Assembly (NCBI GenBank): GCA_965215345.1
Contig: CBDCDL010000001.1
Location: forward strand, 580,328-644,327
Direction of reading: 5' to 3'
DNA length: 64,000 bases
Source: Spirochaetia bacterium
Lineage (GTDB): Bacteria > Spirochaetota > Spirochaetia > SZUA-6 > Bin103
In this document: one piece after another, positions 1-9,565 of the stretch
Position numbering within the stretch: the first letter of the stretch is position 1
How the letters are laid out: the number at the start of each line of letters is the position of its first letter
The notes under the pieces: model-generated
What the model was told of the DNA's origin: nothing
The model's input: the letters and a program-made list of their open reading frames with translations, nothing else
Databases searched by the model: none
Translations under genes and position numbers: made by a program

Positions 1-467
1 AAACAGCTTATCTCGGGCGCCGCGACCACGAAGCCGCGCTCGGCCAGGGCGCACCCGAAGTCCTTGTGGTAGCCGTCGGGCTCCCACCGCTCGGAGCCGT
101 CTTCCCAAAGACCGACGATGTCGCGCACGCCGTAGCCGTGCCCGTGCAGGGCCAGCACGCATGGCGCCGGCCCCGTGAGGCCCTTCGGCACCAGCACGTA
201 GACCGGCATCGTCGCATCCGGCCACGTGCGCAGCACCACCCGCTCCCGGACATATGAGCCGCGGTCGACCGCCTGCTCGATGTGGGCTTCCACGGGCGGG
301 GCCGGCCGGTCCAGGAAGCCCAGGTGCCGGGTGAGCACCCGACGGGCGCGCGCCTGCCATTCGCGTGCGGCTTCGGCGGCCGTGGCGGTGAAGGCGCAGT
401 CGCGCTCCGCTGCGGCGTGGAGGGCGTCCAGCAGCCTGAGTGGGTCGAATTCCGTTCGCTGGCGCAT
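1..467 (-). CDS. alpha/beta hydrolase (dienelactone hydrolase/acetyl xylan esterase-like), runs off the window edge
   Basis: Not in ORF track; hand translation MRQRTEFDPLRLL...MPVYVLVPKGLTGPAPCVLALHGHGYG...FGCALAERGFVVAAPEISCF, a typical abhydrolase N-terminal half. Confidence 0.75.
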   Translation of the reverse strand, partial: MRQRTEFDPLRLLDALHAAAERDCAFTATAAEAAREWQARARRVLTRHLGFLDRPAPPVEAHIEQAVDRGSYVRERVVLRTWPDATMPVYVLVPKGLTGPAPCVLALHGHGYGVRDIVGLWEDGSERWEPDGYHKDFGCALAERGFVVAAPEISC

Positions 468-554
468 GCCGCAACTCTGGAAGCATGCGGCGTCGGGCGC
501 AAGGGGCCGACGCCGCGCTTGATTCCGTGCATGCCGGTGCGTAGCGTGGTCTGC

Positions 555-1436
555 ATGTTCACGCAGGTCCGCGTCGCCGCATGTTCGTTCAAGCCCCGCA
601 AGTTCGACGTGGCCGCCAACGCCGATCGCCTGGAGGACCTGTTCCGCCGATCCGCGGCGTCCGGCGCCGAGCTCGCCGTCGCCCCGGAAGGGGCGCTCGA
701 CGGCTACGTGGTCATGCCGATCATCGAGGGCGTCCAGCCGGCCGAACGGATGCACGAGGCGGCGGTGAGCCTGCAGGGACCGGAGATCGGCCGGTTCCGG
801 GCACTCGCCCGCGAGCTGCGCATGTGCCTGGCGTTCGGCCTGGCCGAGCGCGCAGGCGGCGACGTCTACAACTGTGCGGTCTTCATCGACGCGGCGGGCG
901 AGATCCGCGGCACGTACCACAAGATGCAGCTCGCCGAGGGCTACCACGACGACTGGTGGTTCAACCGCCTCGGCACGCGCTCGCGCGCGTTTCAGACGCC
1001 GTTCGGGAAGTGCGGGGTGCTGATCTGCAACGACCGCTGGAACCCTGACATCGCCCGCATTCCGGTGCTGGACGGAGCCCGCTATCTGCTGATCCCGTCC
1101 TTCGGATCGCGCTCGCGGAGTCAGGACAGGGCCGTGCTCGCGCGCGCCAGGGAGAACGGCGTCCCGATCGTGGAAGCGAACGTCGGCGTGACGCTGATCG
1201 TCAGCAAGGGCGAGGTGGTCGCGTGCGAGCGCCGGGTGGATGCGCTGACGGTGGGTGAGATCGACGTGCCGGCGGCGCCTTCGGTTGCCAACCGGGACCG
1301 GCACGAGGCAGCGTTTCTGCGCTGGCGGGCCGTGGAGATGCCGAACCGCTACGAGCAGGGCGAAGCGCGCCGCAGGGCGGGCGCCGAGCACCCGGCGCAC
1401 CATGATCCGCACGGCCGGCTGGTCGCGGCCGGGTAG
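555..1436 (+). CDS. carbon-nitrogen hydrolase (nitrilase superfamily)
   Basis: Catalytic E-K-C triad in APEGAL, YHKMQL, LICNDRW; ATG 555 preceded by TAGCGT -10-like box. Confidence 0.85.
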   Translation: MFTQVRVAACSFKPRKFDVAANADRLEDLFRRSAASGAELAVAPEGALDGYVVMPIIEGVQPAERMHEAAVSLQGPEIGRFRALARELRMCLAFGLAERAGGDVYNCAVFIDAAGEIRGTYHKMQLAEGYHDDWWFNRLGTRSRAFQTPFGKCGVLICNDRWNPDIARIPVLDGARYLLIPSFGSRSRSQDRAVLARARENGVPIVEANVGVTLIVSKGEVVACERRVDALTVGEIDVPAAPSVANRDRHEAAFLRWRAVEMPNRYEQGEARRRAGAEHPAHHDPHGRLVAAG

Positions 1437-1482
1437 CAGCGACCCTCTGCCATCACGGATCGAGGACGAGGGAGGTGACCTC

Positions 1483-2668
1483 TTGGGCGGACTGACAAGA
1501 ATTCACGTGCAGAACTATCGCGCTCTGGCCGATGTCGAGATCGAGGCGGGTCCGATCAACGTCGTATTCGGCCCGAACGGAGCCGGCAAGTCCACGCTGC
1601 TCGACTCGCTCTATTTCTTTCGGGATTGCGCGATCCGCGGTGTTGAAGTGGCGTCTACGGAGCGCGATCACGGGATCGGGATACTCTGGGATGGAGCCCG
1701 TCGAGAACCATCGCATCAAAGTCGAGCTGGCCGACGGTGACATCACGTATGGCCTTTCGTTTACCCTCTCGGCGGGCAGAATCGACCCGTTTCCAGGTGA
1801 GCGGCTGTTGTCATCTTCTCGCGGGATCGCTCTCATCGAGAGGAGTCCGGGGTCGGACAAAGCGACTCTTTTCCACGGGGAGATCGGGCAGGCTCCGCTG
1901 ATCGAATTGCGCGAACCGGAAGAGCTCACCCTGGGACTCTTTCTGGACTTCAATCGCGGCGATGAGGAGGCCGGACATCTCAATCAGTTGCTCCACTATG
2001 TTCGTCTGTATCATTCACGGTCTTTTCACCTGTGGCGCCTCAAGCGATTCGGATCCGAGAGTAGCTCGCAAACGAGACTATGGGATTCCGGTAGAAACGC
2101 CTGGTCCGTGCTCAGGAATCTGCAGGACAAACGAAATGTCGACCTACGTTACGACACGATCATGCGGCACATGGCTGAGGCATTCCCCATGTTCGACGAC
2201 ATCGTGCTGGAACAGACAGGGCCGTCGTCGGTGTACGCCACTTTCATGGAAAACGGTCGCCGTAGCGGGATACTCGCATCCGGCGCTTCCGATGGGATCC
2301 TACAATTGCTGCTTCTGTTGATCGCGCTGTTCTCGGAAGGCGCCCGTGAGTCGATTCTCCTGTTCGACGAACCGGAAACGTCGTTGCATCCGTGGGCACT
2401 GGTCGTGTTCGCGCGGGCCGTCAAGCTTGCCGCCGAGCAATTGAACAAGCAGGTTTTTCTCGCGACGCATTCGCCGGTTCTCATCAGCCAGTTCGAACCG
2501 CGGGACACCCTGGTCGCAGGAGTCGAGGATGGTCGTGCGCGGTTCGATCGCCTGTCCGAAATCAGCGAGATTCGAGATCTGCTTGAGGACTACGCGGCCG
2601 GTTCGCTGTACATGTCGGAAGCGGTCGCGCGGCAGGGACCAGTCGTCGCCGAGGAGAGCGAAGGATGA
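1483..2668 (+). pseudogene. AAA_21/ABC-type ATPase, frameshifted near 1697-1699
   Basis: GGAGG then TTG 1483; Walker A GPNGAGKST in one frame, ASDG signature, LLFDEPETSLHP Walker B and ATHSP H-loop in the +1 frame; removing one C of CCC joins DGA|VENHRIK. Confidence 0.8.
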
Positions 2669-2907
2669 GGTCCTCCGGTTCAGGCGCCGGGCCGGATTGG
2701 CGATTCATTCACGTCGGCCTGATCGTCACAGGAGAGACCGAAGAGAGATGTCTTCCGGAGCTCTTTCGGTCGATGGCAGCAACCGGAATGTGCTCCTTCA
2801 GCGTGATCAGAAGAATCGGTCAACGGTCGCCAATACGATCGGACAGGCGCCGGCTGAAGATGGTCGGCAGAGGCAAGATGATTCCTGACCGGGACGAGAC
2901 GGAGATC
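2665..2907 (+). pseudogene. 3'-truncated partner of the ATPase (DUF4276/TOPRIM-like)
   Basis: ATGA overlap with ATPase stop; HVGLIVTGETEERCLP resembles the TOPRIM-like start of ATPase partners; ORF then runs antisense into the convergent gene. Confidence 0.55.
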
Positions 2908-2939
2908 CCTGTCCTCGCCGACATAATAGACCGGGAGGC

Positions 2940-4109
2940 CTACTCGATGCCGAAGACCTCCAGGAAGCGGTACACGTCGAAGGAGGCGCTGAACAGCTCT
3001 TCGACCTCGCGCACCTTGTCCACGTCATACACCTGCAGCTTGGTGCTCTCGTAGAGGGCGAACAGGCGCGCCTCGATGGCCGCGGAATCGCCGCGGATCA
3101 ACAGGGTGGGCAGACCGGCGGCGATGATCTCGGCGCGCAGGTCGGGGGCCAGCGACTCGCCTTCGTCGCAGGTCAGCACCAGCCCCCCGATCCCGCGCGT
3201 GGCGCCGAGTTGCCGGTGGTAGGCGATGATGCTGCGGATCCGCGGCGTGGAGTTGGCGCTGATGACCACAAGGTCGCGCCTGCGGATCGCCTGCGCGGGC
3301 CGCAGGAACTGTGCGGGGAGCGAGATGACGCGGATCGTCCGGCAGGGACGCTGCCAGGTGGGATGGCGCGGATCGCCGATCGGCTCGGCATGGCGCAGCG
3401 AGGTTCGCACCAGATCGATCGACGGCTGCGGCAGGTCCTGGACGGTCGGAATGAACCCCAGGATGCGCAACGTGCCGCCGAAGCCCGGGAACCGGCTGTT
3501 GAGCGCTTCGTCGGTGAGGTATCGCTGCAGGGTGGGGATCTTCTCCGGGATCAGCTTGTTGAAGATCACGCCGCGCACCCGGCATCCCTTGTGCAGAAAG
3601 TACGACAGGTAGACTTCCAGCGTGTCGATGGCGCGGCCGATGCCTCCCTCCGACAGGAACACGACCTCCGCATCGAGCAGCCTTCCCACGTCGGCGTTGG
3701 ACAGCCCGGCTACGGCGCCGACGCCCGGATGTCCGGAGCCCTCGGCGATGATCACCTTCTTGTCGGCGAGCGATGCCACGGATTCGAGGATGCGCCGCTC
3801 CAGGGTTCGGGTCAGCGCCTCCCGGTCTCCCGACTCGAGGTAGGTGCGGGTGAATCCCGACGTGAACCGGACCGGCGAAAGGTGGCGGGGCTCGAATCCG
3901 GGCAGGGAGCTGAACACCGACAGGAGCTGCACGTCCTTGTCCACGTGCATGCCGTCGCGGAGCGTCGACACCTCCTGGCCCACCGGCTTGATGTAGCCGA
4001 TCGTCCCGGGGTCCAGCACGCGGCGGAGCTGGGAGATGATGCCCAGGCTGGTGACGGTCTTGCCGGCGTGCTGCCGGTAGCCGGTGAGGTAGACGATTAC
4101 CGGAGCCAC
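2940..4109 (-). CDS. stand-alone BioD-like (AAA_26)/DRTGG protein, homologous to the phosphotransacetylase N-terminus
   Basis: QHAGKT P-loop, GYIKPVGQ, DKDV, AEGSGHPGVGAVAGLSNA, GGIGRAID motifs. Confidence 0.75.
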   Translation of the reverse strand: MAPVIVYLTGYRQHAGKTVTSLGIISQLRRVLDPGTIGYIKPVGQEVSTLRDGMHVDKDVQLLSVFSSLPGFEPRHLSPVRFTSGFTRTYLESGDREALTRTLERRILESVASLADKKVIIAEGSGHPGVGAVAGLSNADVGRLLDAEVVFLSEGGIGRAIDTLEVYLSYFLHKGCRVRGVIFNKLIPEKIPTLQRYLTDEALNSRFPGFGGTLRILGFIPTVQDLPQPSIDLVRTSLRHAEPIGDPRHPTWQRPCRTIRVISLPAQFLRPAQAIRRRDLVVISANSTPRIRSIIAYHRQLGATRGIGGLVLTCDEGESLAPDLRAEIIAAGLPTLLIRGDSAAIEARLFALYESTKLQVYDVDKVREVEELFSASFDVYRFLEVFGIE

Positions 4110-4171
4110 GGTTCGGTACCCTGCAGCGCCGGCGGTTGCGTGCGGCCACCGGTTGCCGTCAGCATGGCGCC

Positions 4172-4756
4172 ATGCGCTGGATGGCAGTGTCGCTGCTGGC
4201 AGCCCTCGCCTGGGCTGCGGGCGCGCACGACGACGATAACGGCGGTGCGGCGGCGGAGGATGCAGGCGTCCCGGTAGCGCAGGAGGCCGGGCCGCAGGAG
4301 GCCGGGCCGGTCGTCGACGGCGCCGTCACGGAGGGCGAGTACGGGGTCAGTCTGCAGTACGACGGCATCGTGATCAGCCTGGCGCTGGTGGGCGACACGC
4401 TGCACGCGGCGGCCGTCGCGGCCACCACCGGCTGGGTAGCCGTCGGATTCGGTTCCGACGTCATGGACGGGGCGCGGATCCTGTTCGCCTACGTCGAAGC
4501 GGACGGGACGGTGTTCTTCGCCGAGCAGGAGGGGAAGGGTCACAGGCACCACGACGTTACCGACACGGTCGCGACCGCCCACGCGGTGAGCGAGGCCGAC
4601 GGATCCACCACGCTGGAGGTGGCGCTGCCGGCGGCCTTCGTCCGCGACAGCGCCGACGAGACGGGCATGTTCCCGATGATCATGGCGTACGGCACCCGTG
4701 ACTCGGTGCGGCCCGTGCACCGGTTCTTCAAGAGCATCGAGTTGACCCTCGGCTGA
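4172..4756 (+). CDS. secreted DOMON-domain protein
   Basis: Signal peptide MRWMAVSLLAALAWAAGA; TTGWVAVGFG...MDGARILFAYV; C-terminal His (PVHRF). Confidence 0.75.
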   Translation: MRWMAVSLLAALAWAAGAHDDDNGGAAAEDAGVPVAQEAGPQEAGPVVDGAVTEGEYGVSLQYDGIVISLALVGDTLHAAAVAATTGWVAVGFGSDVMDGARILFAYVEADGTVFFAEQEGKGHRHHDVTDTVATAHAVSEADGSTTLEVALPAAFVRDSADETGMFPMIMAYGTRDSVRPVHRFFKSIELTLG

Positions 4757-4779
4757 TCGTAGCCGGAGCCTCGGGCGCC

Positions 4780-4847
4780 GGTCTCGGAGCTACGCTGGTC
4801 TCAGGACTACGCTGGTCTCGGGGCTACGCTGGTCTCGGGGCTACGCT
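4780..4847. repeat. 4 x 17-bp tandem repeat GGTCTCGGGGCTACGCT containing the fabZ stop codon
   Basis: Units 4780-4796, 4797-4813, 4814-4830, 4831-4847 with 0-2 mismatches. Confidence 0.95.
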
Positions 4848-5275
4848 CCGGTTTGCGCGGATCCGCGCAGGCAGAGCCACGTCGCCTCCGCGGCCAGCTT
4901 CTCGTCCACGAACGCCTTGCCGCTCTGGCGGATCATCGCGGGAGAGCTGCGCGTGGTGGCGACCTCCAGCCGTACCTCGTCGCCGGGTCGCACCTGCCGC
5001 CGGAACCTGGCCTTTTCGATCGACGCCAGGAACAGGATCGAGCCGCCGCCGTCGCTCTGCGCGGCGATGCCGGCGCCGCCACACTGGGCCAGACACTCGA
5101 CCAGCAGCACCCCCGGCACGACCGGATACGACGGGAAGTGGCCGGCGAAAAACGGCTCATCGGGCGCGAACCTCTTGTAGCCGACGATCAGGTCGGCGTC
5201 GGCCCGCTCCAGCCGGTCCAGGAACAGGAACGGCGGACGGTGCGGGATCAGCTCCGCGGCGGTCGGAAGGCTCAC
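4841..5275 (-). CDS. fabZ: 3-hydroxyacyl-ACP dehydratase
   Basis: IPHRPPFLFLD, FFAGHFPSYPVVPGVLLVECLAQ, ARFRRQVRPGD; GTG start at 5275. Confidence 0.93.
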   Translation of the reverse strand: MSLPTAAELIPHRPPFLFLDRLERADADLIVGYKRFAPDEPFFAGHFPSYPVVPGVLLVECLAQCGGAGIAAQSDGGGSILFLASIEKARFRRQVRPGDEVRLEVATTRSSPAMIRQSGKAFVDEKLAAEATWLCLRGSAQTGA

Positions 5276-5279
5276 GTTT

Positions 5280-6533
5280 TCAGATGATGCCCAGGCGGCG
5301 TCCCACCGTGGAGGTGATCTCAAGCACCCGATCCAGTTCCTCATCGGTGTGGATCGCCATGTACGAGGTTCTGATCAGCGCCCTGCCCGGAGGCACGCCG
5401 GGGGTGACCACGGGGTTGGCATAGATGCCGGCCTGGAACAATTCCCGCCAGAACCGGAACGTCAGGTGGTCGTCGCCGATGATCAGCGGCACGATCGCCG
5501 TCTCGGCCACGTCGACGTTGAAGCCCAGGGCCTTGTATTCGTGAATCATGCGGGCCGAGATCCGCTGCAGGCGCTGCGCGTGCTCGGGCTCTTCGCGCAT
5601 GATCTTCAGCGCCGCGGCGGCCGCCGCCAGGTTGGCCGGCGGCATGCTCGCGCTGAAAATCAGCGGCCGTCCCTCATGCTTGATGTAGTTGACGACCTCC
5701 CGGTCGCCTGCGACGAAGCCGCCGATGGAACCGAACGACTTCGAGAACGTGCACATCACCAGGTCGGCAAGAGGCTGCCCGAAGTGCTCTTCCGTTCCTC
5801 GACCCGTCGAACCGATGACGCCCATGGCATGAGCCTCATCCAGGTAGACACGTGCGCCGTGCCGGCGCGAGACCTGTACTATCTCGTCGAGGCGGACGAT
5901 ATCGCCCTCCATGCTGAACACGCCGTCGGTGACGACCAGCTTGCCGGCTTCCGCGGGCGCCGAGCTCAGGGCGCGATCCAGATCCTCGGCGCTGTTGTGC
6001 GCATACCGGTGAACCTTGATCGTGCCCATGCGTCTCCCGGATCCATGAAAGATCCCGTCCGTCACCGAGGCATGGTTGAACCGGTCGGAAAAGACGTGGT
6101 CGTTCTTGCCAAGCAGCGCGGAGATCGCGCCGAGGTTGGTCTGGTATCCGGTCGTGAAGCAGAGGGCCGCCTGCTTCCGGACGTAATCGGCCAGGTCCTC
6201 CTCCAGCTCCTCGTGCAGCGTGAGCGTGCCGTTCAGATACCGTGATCCCGAGCAACTCGTGCCGTAGCGCTTGACGGCCGCGATCGCCGCCTCCCTGACG
6301 CGCGGGTCCCACGACAGTCCGAGGTAGTTGTTGGAGCCGATCATCAGCAGGTCGCGGCCATCGATCACCGCGGTGGTGCCGCGGATCTCCTGGATCGCAG
6401 CGAAGTACGGGTAGAAGCCGATCTGGCTGACCTGATCGTCGAGCCACCTCTGATAGGCGCGGCACTTCTGGAACAGGTCGGCTTGTGCGGGCGTGGCGGT
6501 GGGTGTGTGGCCGTCAGCGTCGCTTGAGGTCAT
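5280..6533 (-). CDS. alpha-oxoamine synthase, serine palmitoyltransferase-like
   Basis: YPYF, GSNNYLGL, GTSCSGSRYLNGTL, HAS, DGVFSMEGD, DEAH, TFSKS (PLP Lys), IFSAS. Confidence 0.75.
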   Translation of the reverse strand: MTSSDADGHTPTATPAQADLFQKCRAYQRWLDDQVSQIGFYPYFAAIQEIRGTTAVIDGRDLLMIGSNNYLGLSWDPRVREAAIAAVKRYGTSCSGSRYLNGTLTLHEELEEDLADYVRKQAALCFTTGYQTNLGAISALLGKNDHVFSDRFNHASVTDGIFHGSGRRMGTIKVHRYAHNSAEDLDRALSSAPAEAGKLVVTDGVFSMEGDIVRLDEIVQVSRRHGARVYLDEAHAMGVIGSTGRGTEEHFGQPLADLVMCTFSKSFGSIGGFVAGDREVVNYIKHEGRPLIFSASMPPANLAAAAAALKIMREEPEHAQRLQRISARMIHEYKALGFNVDVAETAIVPLIIGDDHLTFRFWRELFQAGIYANPVVTPGVPPGRALIRTSYMAIHTDEELDRVLEITSTVGRRLGII

Positions 6534-6618
6534 GGATCAGGCGAGGTCAGGCGGCGGATCAACGGAGCAACGGCCCATGACCTCGACGGCTACTGATACT
6601 ATGGAACCCGCCCCGGCA

Positions 6619-7257
6619 TCAACCGTCCCCGACCAGGGCGGCGAACATGCTGCGCATCGGTTCGGAGTCCCAGTCGCGCACGCCGATCGCCCGCGCGACG
6701 ATCGTCCCTTCCGGATCGAGAATGTAGGTCATCGGCAGCGATCGAGCTGCGTACACGCGTCCGGTCGACAGGTCGTGGTCGATCACGATCTCGAAGGTGA
6801 TGCCGGTTTCCTCCACGAAGCGCCGGACGTCGCCGGTCTCCTCGCCGATGTCGACCCCGACGATCCGGAGGCCGCGGTCGGCGAGCTCCTGGTGCAACCG
6901 CTCCAGGGCCGGCATTTCGATCCGGCACGGCGCGCACCAGGTCGCCCAGAAGTTGAGCAGCACGTAGCTGCCCGCGTAGTCGTCCAGGGTGCGGGTGGTG
7001 CCGTCCATCGCCGACAGTTCGAAGTCGACCCGCGCCTCCTTGCGAGCCGGCTCGAATCCCAGGTCCGCCATCGTCTCCAGGACGGTTTTCCCGGTGTCCG
7101 CGGGGGCCCCGGCCGGTGCGGAGTCGCCTGCGGCCGCATCCGCCGGTTCGACCGCCAGGGCCGGTCCGGACGGGTCGCCCCGCTCCGAACAGCCGAAAAA
7201 CGCCAGCGAAAGCACCGCGGCCAGGATCGCCGCCGCCCGCGTTCCGGCTCCCCCCAT
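6619..7257 (-). CDS. TlpA/ResA-family thiol-disulfide redoxin, lipoprotein
   Basis: Lipobox-like LAFFGC; LLNFWATWCAPCRIEMP. Confidence 0.88.
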   Translation of the reverse strand: MGGAGTRAAAILAAVLSLAFFGCSERGDPSGPALAVEPADAAAGDSAPAGAPADTGKTVLETMADLGFEPARKEARVDFELSAMDGTTRTLDDYAGSYVLLNFWATWCAPCRIEMPALERLHQELADRGLRIVGVDIGEETGDVRRFVEETGITFEIVIDHDLSTGRVYAARSLPMTYILDPEGTIVARAIGVRDWDSEPMRSMFAALVGDG

Positions 7258-7353
7258 GGGCACATGATACGAACGCCCCCCTTCGCCGGAAACCGCCGGA
7301 CGATGCCGGCCGCCTGAAGCGGCACGTTCGGATCGGCTGTTGCGGTAGGTGAG

Positions 7354-8685
7354 GTGGGACCGTCCTTCGTCGCCGCGGCAGTCGCGGCGGGTGCGTTGAG
7401 CGTGGCGCCGGCCGTGGTGCCGCTGGCGATCGGGATCATCGCCGGTGCGGCGGCGGCCGGCGGCCTTCTCTGGGCGTTGGGGACGGTACGGGCGCATCCG
7501 TCGCTTCGCGCCTGCGGCGCGGCTGCCCTTGTCGGGGCGATGCTGGCGGCAAACGGGGTCCTGAGGATGCGGATGGAGGAACGATCGGCCTACCTCGGGC
7601 TCGCCGCATCCGGGCCGCTGGTACTGCACGGCACGGTGGTGGACGACAGCCGTCCCGTGGCGCGAGGCGGCACGGCGCTCTCGGTCCAGGTTTCCTCGGT
7701 CTCCCGTCCGGACGGCGCTCTGCGGGCCACGGCGCGCCAGCGAATGGAGCTCTTTCTGAGGGAGGCGGAGTCCGTGCACCGGGGAGAGGTGCTGTCGGTG
7801 GCGCTGGCAGCGCCGCCGGAGCGCTGGCGGGGGCGGCTGGTCGGGCGGCCGTCGCACCTGGAGCGACACGGGTTTCGATCGCGCTTCTGGCGTCTGCGGG
7901 CGTCGATCCGGGAGCGGGTCGTGGCGGCGCTCGCGCGGGCCGGTCCGGCCTCCGGGCTGGCCACGGCGGTGCTGATCGGTGATCGGCGGTACCTGGACCA
8001 GGCCGTGATCGAGCGGTTCAGGCGGGCCGGTGCGTCTCACCTGCTGGCGCTCTCCGGCCTCCACGTGGGCATCGTCTACGGCTGCGTGCTCGTGCTCATG
8101 CGGCTGGCGCCGCGGCGCGCCGGGCCGCTGGCGGCCGCCGCGGTGGCCGCGGCGTACGCGCTGATCGCAACGGGCGGCCCGGCGCTGGCCCGCGCGGCGA
8201 TGATGGCTTCGGTCGGATCGCTGCTGGCGGTGACCGACCGTGAACGGCGTCCCGTGCCGATCATCGCGCTGGCCGCGCTCATGCTGCTGGCAATCGAGCC
8301 CGGCGCCGCTGCGCAGCTCTCGTTCCAGCTCTCGTTTCTGGCTCTGCTGGGCGTGCTGGCCGGTGCTCGGATCGCCGCCCGCCTGCCGCCGGGGCCGGTC
8401 CGCTGGATCGGCGGGGCCGTGCTCTGCTCGGTCGGCGCCCAGGTCGCCACGGCGCCGCTCGTTCTGACGACGTTTGGCGCTCTCTACCCGGGGTCCGTGC
8501 TGCTCGCGCCCCTGCTGATGCCCGCCGTGACGGTCTTCCTGGTGGCCGCGCTCGGCATGGGTGTCGCCGGTCAGCTCACGGTGCCGTTTCCGTCGGGGGC
8601 CGCTGGCGCGCTCCTCAATCTGGCGTTTATCATCCTCGACACCGGGGTTTCGCTCAGCGCCGCCATCCCGGGGCTCTCCCTATGA
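7354..8685 (+). CDS. comEC: ComEC/Rec2 competence membrane protein (no metallo-beta-lactamase domain)
   Basis: FRRAGASHLLALSGLHVG, ARAAMM, SFQLSFLA; multiple TM segments. Confidence 0.88.
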   Translation: MGPSFVAAAVAAGALSVAPAVVPLAIGIIAGAAAAGGLLWALGTVRAHPSLRACGAAALVGAMLAANGVLRMRMEERSAYLGLAASGPLVLHGTVVDDSRPVARGGTALSVQVSSVSRPDGALRATARQRMELFLREAESVHRGEVLSVALAAPPERWRGRLVGRPSHLERHGFRSRFWRLRASIRERVVAALARAGPASGLATAVLIGDRRYLDQAVIERFRRAGASHLLALSGLHVGIVYGCVLVLMRLAPRRAGPLAAAAVAAAYALIATGGPALARAAMMASVGSLLAVTDRERRPVPIIALAALMLLAIEPGAAAQLSFQLSFLALLGVLAGARIAARLPPGPVRWIGGAVLCSVGAQVATAPLVLTTFGALYPGSVLLAPLLMPAVTVFLVAALGMGVAGQLTVPFPSGAAGALLNLAFIILDTGVSLSAAIPGLSL

Positions 8686-8695
8686 ACGACGACCC

Positions 8696-9565
8696 GTGAA
8701 TCACGACTCGCCCACCGACATCAGGCAGGCGATGGAAGCCGCCGGCATCGCCCTGAAGAAGCGCTGGGGACAGAACTTCATGATCAATCGCGGGGCGCGG
8801 CGCAAGATCGTGGAGTTGCTCGACGCCCGGCCTGACGAGCTGATCTGGGAGATCGGAGCGGGACTGGGCGCATTGACCGAGATGATCGCGCCGCAGGCCG
8901 GCGCCACCGTGGCGTTCGAGAGCGATCATGGCCTGGTGCGGCACCTCGAGTCCGAGTTCTCGGGATCGAGCGTGCGGGTCGTGGCCGGGGATTTCCTTGA
9001 CACCCGCGAACATGCCGTCGCGGCACACGGCGCGCCGCGGCGGGTTGCCGGCAATCTTCCGTACAGCAGCGGGGCTGCGATCGTGGCCGCGCTGGTGGAG
9101 CATGGGCCACAGGTCGACCGCATGGTGTTCACGCTGCAGAAAGAGGTGGTCGACCGGATGTGCGCGCCGGCGGGGTCGCGCGCCTACTCGTCGTTCTCCG
9201 CCATCTGCCAAGCGTTCCATACCGTCGTCAATCGGGGCGAGCTGCAGCCCGGGTCGTTCTTTCCGGCGCCGGAGGTGCAGTCCGGCGTGGTGACCATGGA
9301 CCTGCGCGCGGACGCCGATCGAGTCCGTGACCGGGCCGTGTTCTTCGCGTTGGTCCGTTCGGCGTTTGCGGCCCGCCGCAAGACGCTGCGCAACAATCTC
9401 TTGCGGGAGTCACCGTTCCCGCTGAGCAAGCGCGACCTGCTGGCGATCGTGCAGCACATGGGCGTGGAAGCCGGCGTTCGTGCGGAGACGCTCGGCGCGG
9501 ACGAGCTGGTCGCGGTCAGCAACCAGATCTCGGTGCTGGTCGAGCGCCGATCGAGCGAATCGTGA
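8696..9565 (+). CDS. rsmA: 16S rRNA adenine dimethyltransferase
   Basis: KKRWGQNFM, WEIGAGLGALT, GNLPY, LQKEV, FFPAPEVQS, RRKTLRNNL. Confidence 0.95.
   Translation: MNHDSPTDIRQAMEAAGIALKKRWGQNFMINRGARRKIVELLDARPDELIWEIGAGLGALTEMIAPQAGATVAFESDHGLVRHLESEFSGSSVRVVAGDFLDTREHAVAAHGAPRRVAGNLPYSSGAAIVAALVEHGPQVDRMVFTLQKEVVDRMCAPAGSRAYSSFSAICQAFHTVVNRGELQPGSFFPAPEVQSGVVTMDLRADADRVRDRAVFFALVRSAFAARRKTLRNNLLRESPFPLSKRDLLAIVQHMGVEAGVRAETLGADELVAVSNQISVLVERRSSES

Noticed and set aside
4780-4847. Possible CRISPR array
   Set aside because: The units are contiguous 17-mers with no spacers, and there are no cas genes in the window
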